Below, piece after piece: positions 58,782 through 64,000 of a stretch of DNA of 64,000 nt (its first letter is position 1; each line of letters starts with the position of its first letter). A model generated the notes under the pieces. That model did not search any database. It was not told where the DNA came from and saw nothing but the letters and a program-made list of their open reading frames with translations. The DNA lies in assembly GCA_012267415.1 (NCBI GenBank), contig JAAXGN010000036.1:122058-186057 (forward strand), written 5' to 3'. This DNA is from Candidatus Poribacteria bacterium. GTDB lineage: Bacteria > Poribacteria > WGA-4E > WGA-3G. Position numbers and translations under genes: made by a program.

Positions 58782-60002
58782 TTAGAATCCCATCAATCCA
58801 CAACAACGACGACATACTGGCATTGGACCATCTGTGCTAATTGACTGTCGAAATTTCATGGCTTTGTGGTTGTTCCACATGTCAACTACTTTGTCCTCTT
58901 TGATATTACCGATGATATAGTCGTGGTAATCTCGACATAAACTCACATCGCCATTGCTGTCAACCTCTAATGTCATATAGATACTGACACATTGGTTGTA
59001 TCCAAAGGTCTCCTGATGGTCCGTATAGTATCGCTGGATTTCACCCTTTGAATCCAATCTTGGCATCATCACAGGTGGACATCGTTTCTGCTCATCAGAC
59101 AACTGTTCCATCTCCTCAAACCGGTCTAAAATCACACCGTGATCAAAGTCTTTCCAAGTACCAATCCACCCAAAATGTGTTTGCGGTTTGAAGCCGAAAC
59201 GACTCTCAAAGTCTTCTGAATGTTGCTGTGCTGATTCAGCATCTATCCACCATGTGAGATAGAATATCTGTGCGTCTGCAAATTGACTGGTGAACTTGTA
59301 TAGGTCAACCACAACGTCAATGTTATACATTGTGACACAACTGAGTGGAATAATGTATGGGAATGAGACGTTACGACGTTCCTTTTCAGCACTTAACGTT
59401 TCCAATGCTGCTTTGACATCCTTGAAGTTGTCGTAGTTTTTTGACACGCCGGGACGTTGCGTGTTGTGAATCTCCTCATTCGGACCATCTACACTGAGGT
59501 ATATTATTTGGCAGGTTTCAAGTATATCCTCTGCTCTTCTTGCTATGTTTGTAGCGTTACTCACAAGAGAGATTGGCATCCCTTTCTCCTTGATGTAATG
59601 CATCAATTCTATGAGTCCAGGATATAACATAGGTTCACCACCCCAAATATACCATACAGGGGACCAACCCGCATCAACTACTTGATCAACAAGGTCTTTA
59701 TAGATTTCTACTGGAACTTCGCGTTGTTTCAATTCCTTGAGAGATTTACCAAGCAGATACCCGTTATCACCCCATTGTCCACAGGAATGACAACAGAGAT
59801 TACACATATCTGTTATGCGAAGACTCACTAACTGTATAGCGTCCCCTTTGCCGTGTTTTGCACCGAATGGGTGTCGCATGTTGAAAGTCTCTTTTGCCAG
59901 TTGGTATCGCATGAATTTACGCGATGTGCTCCAGTCTTCTTTTACAGCGGTTGCCAGTTGATTTACAAGAAACCGCGATGATACTCTGCTCCTTAGTGCC
60001 AT
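58782..60002 (-). CDS. Radical SAM enzyme with SPASM/twitch-type C-terminal domain
   Basis: CNLCCHSC, GGEP, SVDG, C...GDVSLC...GNI...W...CRRCC. Confidence 0.9.
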   Translation of the reverse strand: MALRSRVSSRFLVNQLATAVKEDWSTSRKFMRYQLAKETFNMRHPFGAKHGKGDAIQLVSLRITDMCNLCCHSCGQWGDNGYLLGKSLKELKQREVPVEIYKDLVDQVVDAGWSPVWYIWGGEPMLYPGLIELMHYIKEKGMPISLVSNATNIARRAEDILETCQIIYLSVDGPNEEIHNTQRPGVSKNYDNFKDVKAALETLSAEKERRNVSFPYIIPLSCVTMYNIDVVVDLYKFTSQFADAQIFYLTWWIDAESAQQHSEDFESRFGFKPQTHFGWIGTWKDFDHGVILDRFEEMEQLSDEQKRCPPVMMPRLDSKGEIQRYYTDHQETFGYNQCVSIYMTLEVDSNGDVSLCRDYHDYIIGNIKEDKVVDMWNNHKAMKFRQSISTDGPMPVCRRCCGLMGF

Positions 60003-60018
60003 TTATACTCCTTTGATC

Positions 60019-60130
60019 TTAGTGGTCTTCAGAATTAATAATACATTCCACATCGGACGAGGAGACCTCGCCCCTACGCTGGGTGGTCATCGAAAACGTT
60101 GAAATATCTTTAATTTTTAACTTTACTCTA
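60019..60130. mobile_element. TATAGT-type MITE with family-C REP
   Basis: TAGTGGTCTTCAG...GAGGAGACCTCGCCCCTAC...AACTTTACTCTA. Overlaps the msrB stop codon. Confidence 0.65.
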
Positions 60131-60547
60131 TACATCGGTTTCTTCACCGGATTTAATAAGTGTAAGTGCTGCGGAATTGAGACAATACCTTTTTCCTGTT
60201 GGATCGGGACCGTCATTAAACACATGTCCCAGATGTGCATCACAACGACTACATACAATTTCTGTGCGAGGCATGAAAAAGATACTGAAATCTGCTTTCG
60301 TTTCAACACTATCAGATGAAACTGGGTCCCAAAAACTGGGCCATCCAGTGCCAGAATCGTATTTTGTCTGTGATGCAAAAAGCGGACTACCACAACAGAT
60401 GCAATGGTATGTGCCTTCCTCTTTACAATCGTGATATTTACCGGAAAAAGCAGGTTCAGTTCCCTTCTTTCGTGTAACCTTATACTCTTCAGGTGAAAGT
60501 TGAGCTTTCCATTCTTTCTCAGATTTGGTTATTTTCTCTGTATCCAT
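60128..60547 (-). CDS. msrB: Peptide-methionine (R)-S-oxide reductase
   Basis: GTEPAF, CICC, SGTGWPSF, HLGHVF.DGP, RYCLNS. Confidence 0.97.
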   Translation of the reverse strand: MDTEKITKSEKEWKAQLSPEEYKVTRKKGTEPAFSGKYHDCKEEGTYHCICCGSPLFASQTKYDSGTGWPSFWDPVSSDSVETKADFSIFFMPRTEIVCSRCDAHLGHVFNDGPDPTGKRYCLNSAALTLIKSGEETDV

Positions 60548-60732
60548 CTTTCTCTCCTAACACCATTTCTATCATTTCCACTTGTTAGAAATCAAGCGGA
60601 GAACGGCACAATCTGGCAGATTGTGCTACATTCATATATTCTCAGTTAGAATTGGTATAATTGTATTGTATACTATTCCATATTTTCCAAAAAAATGCAA
60701 GATAGTTTTGATATGTCTGATAATCTGAAGTC

Positions 60733-61944
60733 CTATTCTTTGTCTTTCATTGGTGCTAATACTCTGCAGGTAGTAGCAGAGAGTATCTCGTATTTCACGC
60801 CACCCCATACGATTTTTCGTTGAAATATTGCATAGAACGCGTTGATACCCGCAAGGAAAATGCAAAATGGTGCAGCGTATTTACTGATGCGAAGTGTGTC
60901 CCGAACTTTCGGCATGTCACGAAGCCACTTAGGTAGGTTTCGGCTACAAAGACGGAAACTCATCGCTTCAAGAAAGGGGATGAAAACAACAGGTAGGAGC
61001 CCCGGTTGCATACCGATAAATGGAATTGAACCAAAAACCAGAACTGCCTTTGGCAAGAAGATAGACAGGCTGCCGAACCATTGTGCCCATAACCCCATGT
61101 GTTTCGTCATTATCATTTGCCTATTTGTAAATTCAAATATCTGTCTCCATGTGCGATTAGCAGTTCTGGTGACTGCCACGCAATCGGGTACGAAGTGAAT
61201 CTTAAGTTTAACATCTCGCACCGCGCGGGTTGTGTTTAAATCTTCAATTGCTGCTTGTTCCCATCGTTCCAATATTTGTCCCTTTTCAAGTAACTCACGC
61301 CGAAAAGCATTAGAACCACCCCATACCATCGTGAGCCAATGGTCGCCCTGTAATGACATCTGAAAATTGACCCATGTGGCTTCAACGAGCGATGCGAAAT
61401 TCCATGTTTGTGGAAAGTAGAATCTGCCGCCAACGGTCGCACCTATTGTGTTGTCTTGGAGCGGCGTCACAAGAAGACGTAGCCAGTCTCTCTGAATTGC
61501 TACATCAGCATCCACAAATGCAATTACTTCTACATCCTCAGTTAAACTCTCTATCACTGTGATAAGGTTCTGAACTTTCTGTGAACGTGGTAGGTTGTTA
61601 TCAACGATATTTGGTGCTAAACGGACATCCGCGTGGGGGACATCTTTTGCAATTTCTTGTAAATGTGGATATGACACATCGTAACCTGGACCGACTTTAT
61701 CGTGTGTAACGAAGTGTATTGTAAAGTCTCCTTCGTAATCCTGATCAAGTAGTGTCTTTGCATGTTCAGCAGTTTCGTCATCCCAACCGTAGTGCGGTGC
61801 AATGATCGCTACTTTTGGTGTATATGTGGGTCTATCGGTTCTCCGTTCACGTCGTGTATAGAAAAAAGATTGGCTAATCAACAACATTTCAAGGATAAAA
61901 AGAATATAAGCAATGGCAATAATATAAGTCGTCATGGTATTCAT
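60733..61944 (-). CDS. Glycosyltransferase family 2 (ceramide glucosyltransferase/HpnI-like)
   Basis: N-terminal TM, KVQNL, FVDAD, WGGS, IED, NRQ, IVWGG.KY. Confidence 0.85.
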   Translation of the reverse strand: MNTMTTYIIAIAYILFILEMLLISQSFFYTRRERRTDRPTYTPKVAIIAPHYGWDDETAEHAKTLLDQDYEGDFTIHFVTHDKVGPGYDVSYPHLQEIAKDVPHADVRLAPNIVDNNLPRSQKVQNLITVIESLTEDVEVIAFVDADVAIQRDWLRLLVTPLQDNTIGATVGGRFYFPQTWNFASLVEATWVNFQMSLQGDHWLTMVWGGSNAFRRELLEKGQILERWEQAAIEDLNTTRAVRDVKLKIHFVPDCVAVTRTANRTWRQIFEFTNRQMIMTKHMGLWAQWFGSLSIFLPKAVLVFGSIPFIGMQPGLLPVVFIPFLEAMSFRLCSRNLPKWLRDMPKVRDTLRISKYAAPFCIFLAGINAFYAIFQRKIVWGGVKYEILSATTCRVLAPMKDKE

Positions 61945-61954
61945 TTCCAAGTAT

Positions 61955-63787
61955 TTAATTCTCTGTCGTGCGCAGCCAATCAAGTTGTGTCTTTATCCTC
62001 GGAATTACTTCTGGGTTAATCATGAAAATCTGATTCGGTTCATTGCTTAAACGTGCATGATAACGTCCCAATGAATCAACTTTTCCTATCTGGACCGAAT
62101 GTAACTTCTTTGAGTTCAATTCCACTGTAATTTGTAAGATGGGTGAATTCAGACCTGTATTATCATCTGTAAGTCTGTTTTTGTTATCCATCCATGTTCC
62201 AGAAATAAACTCATCCGCATTTAAGTCAATCAGTTCGTATAGAATCTCATTGACTGCTGCATTATCCGCATCCTCTTTAACGGGAGCGGTTAATCTCCAA
62301 TCACTACCAAGACGTTGACATGTGAAAGTGAGACTTTTATCCGAGTCCTGTGCGTCATTATATTTTACTGTTAAACGGGTTGGATCTTCAATCCTAAAAT
62401 CGAATATCCGCTTATCTCTTAACCATGCAACACCCTTTAAGATTTTATCTATTAGGTCGCGTTTAACAATAGCTACCTGCTGGTTATTTGCTGCTTTCAC
62501 GTATACTGTGTTATTCTTTGCATCTTTACCAATGAGAAGCACAGCGGGATCAATTTCACCTTGGACCGTGAATGAGACTTGCATTCTTGGAGGTTCCAAA
62601 CCAAAACCCTTCAGGTTATCTGTTCCGTCTGATACAAACGCTACAACTTGTAGCGAGTCAACACCGAAGAGTAGATCACTAACTGCCACTGGATCAGCCT
62701 TGAGTTTGTTCGGGGTATTGAGCTGCCATCTATCCTGACCCAGTTTGACACCCTCTATCTTTTGTGTCCCATATTGTATTTCAAACTTCGTTGTATCTGT
62801 TCTCTGAAAATCCAGTATACGTTTATCACGTAAATCAAAAACTGACCTATTTAGAATCTGAACGATTCTGTCTGATACTGTAAATATACTACCTTGATGT
62901 ATTGACTGTGCATAGACTTTTTTATGTGATCCCACATAATTTTGAGCAGACTGGTCATCCGACCCTATTTTGAGTCCGTAAGTAGATTTCTCATCACTCA
63001 GTGAAAATACTATGCGTGGATTCTTTAGTCCGTATTTTTCTAACAAGGGTGCTACATCTTCACCATCCGCTTCAAAAGAGAGGACGTGTGATTGATTTAA
63101 CTCACTGAGTATGTATTGAATTCTCTGTGTATCAGCGTTCACAACAAGTGGATGTGTCATGATCCATCTATCACCCTCTCTCTTACAGTGTATCTGTTCA
63201 GGTTTCTCAAACTTGATTTCTGTGATTGCATCCGGATTAAACGTAATGATTGCTTTATCACGCAAATCTGATGGAGATTTTGACAGGTCGTCAAGCGCAC
63301 TGGATTCAATCAGAAATATATGTTGTTCTGACTTCTCTTTAATATAAACAGCAAAATTTACGCCTCTTTTTCCTATAAAGAAAGTCTTTGGTTCACTTGA
63401 TAGGTCTTTCCATAGTTCAATAGTAATTGTCGGTTCATCCAAACCGTATTGCACATAATCTGATACGTTTAGGGTCTTCCTGACACGTTTATTGAGAAAA
63501 TCATCTAACAGTAACTTGACCTTTTCGTTATCTGCATGTGCATTGATAGGTGCTGTGAACATATAGGAATTTATATCATCTTTTTCAACGGAGAAGTTTT
63601 GAAAAGATTCATCCGAGAAAGAGAGTTTGACTTTACTGATTTCTTCAACGGGTATATCGTATACTTGATAGATTCTCGGTTTCTCGCTTTTTGTGTTGTC
63701 ATCATTAGGTTTATTAAAGAAAAGAAAATAACTTGCAGCAACAACCGTAAGCGTGACAATTATCAGAAAGGTAGTACGGAAACTCAC
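61955..63787 (-). CDS. DUF4340 repeat membrane-anchored protein
   Basis: N-terminal TM. Repeated YGL..P...IG...Y...LRDK units. GTG start overlaps the upstream stop. Confidence 0.85.
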   Translation of the reverse strand: MSFRTTFLIIVTLTVVAASYFLFFNKPNDDNTKSEKPRIYQVYDIPVEEISKVKLSFSDESFQNFSVEKDDINSYMFTAPINAHADNEKVKLLLDDFLNKRVRKTLNVSDYVQYGLDEPTITIELWKDLSSEPKTFFIGKRGVNFAVYIKEKSEQHIFLIESSALDDLSKSPSDLRDKAIITFNPDAITEIKFEKPEQIHCKREGDRWIMTHPLVVNADTQRIQYILSELNQSHVLSFEADGEDVAPLLEKYGLKNPRIVFSLSDEKSTYGLKIGSDDQSAQNYVGSHKKVYAQSIHQGSIFTVSDRIVQILNRSVFDLRDKRILDFQRTDTTKFEIQYGTQKIEGVKLGQDRWQLNTPNKLKADPVAVSDLLFGVDSLQVVAFVSDGTDNLKGFGLEPPRMQVSFTVQGEIDPAVLLIGKDAKNNTVYVKAANNQQVAIVKRDLIDKILKGVAWLRDKRIFDFRIEDPTRLTVKYNDAQDSDKSLTFTCQRLGSDWRLTAPVKEDADNAAVNEILYELIDLNADEFISGTWMDNKNRLTDDNTGLNSPILQITVELNSKKLHSVQIGKVDSLGRYHARLSNEPNQIFMINPEVIPRIKTQLDWLRTTEN

Positions 63788-63999
63788 CTTGTACCTCCTT
63801 CCCGCCGTAACCACCAAACAACTATTCCTGTGGTAAATACGACTAAAGGGATGAGAAACACTGATAGTATCTGAACAAGTCGCGCCTGATAATTATTGAG
63901 CATGCGTAAAGCGCGTTTGCTGGGATCAGTCTCAGTAATGGTGACAAGATCATCTTCCAATGTCAGCCAGTTTACGATAGCGTTAAAGATCGGTGGATA
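63784..63999 (-). CDS. C-terminus of a GldG-like ABC-type auxiliary protein, truncated by the window
   Basis: Manual translation: ...FNAIVNWLTLEDDLVTI...LIPLVVFTTGIVVWWLRREGGTR*. Confidence 0.75.
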   Translation of the reverse strand, partial: YPPIFNAIVNWLTLEDDLVTITETDPSKRALRMLNNYQARLVQILSVFLIPLVVFTTGIVVWWLRREGGTR

Positions 64000-64000
64000 C

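Noticed and set aside
35656-60547. Selenocysteine forms of MsrA/MsrB
   Set aside because: Both have ordinary Cys codons at the catalytic sites (GCFWC, RYCLNS).

Overview
64 kb of bacterial chromosome, roughly 40% GC by eye. Gene content resembles Candidatus Poribacteria (inference): three PhyH dioxygenases, four TIM-barrel sugar isomerases, an ECF sigma factor with a long extracellular fusion, PorV-like and GldG-like genes. Most of the window is carbohydrate/redox housekeeping (dgoD, GH172, pyrB, msrA, msrB, aldo-keto reductase, hydantoinase B, ABC transporters), interleaved with one IS3, one decayed IS630 and a dense set of REP hairpins and MITEs. The top finding is missed by the ORF track: the 47592..48518 ORF extends in frame to an ATG at 48689, through a signal peptide and two in-frame TGA codons in a U-G-A-U (CxxC-like) motif, followed by a hairpin that can form in two registers. 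This is a candidate di-selenocysteine, His-rich outer-membrane protein. Also notable: an ECF-sigma/TM/C-type-lectin one-component sensor with a sigma-less paralogue and a third, pseudogenised lectin; a ParA-type ATPase + RelA/SpoT synthetase pair; an Hsp70-like gene with HPD-less J-like partners; a PyrB fused to only the PyrI zinc domain; and MITE scaffolds carrying interchangeable REP hairpins. No rRNA, tRNA or CRISPR-Cas was found. All family assignments are from motif recognition, with no database searches.
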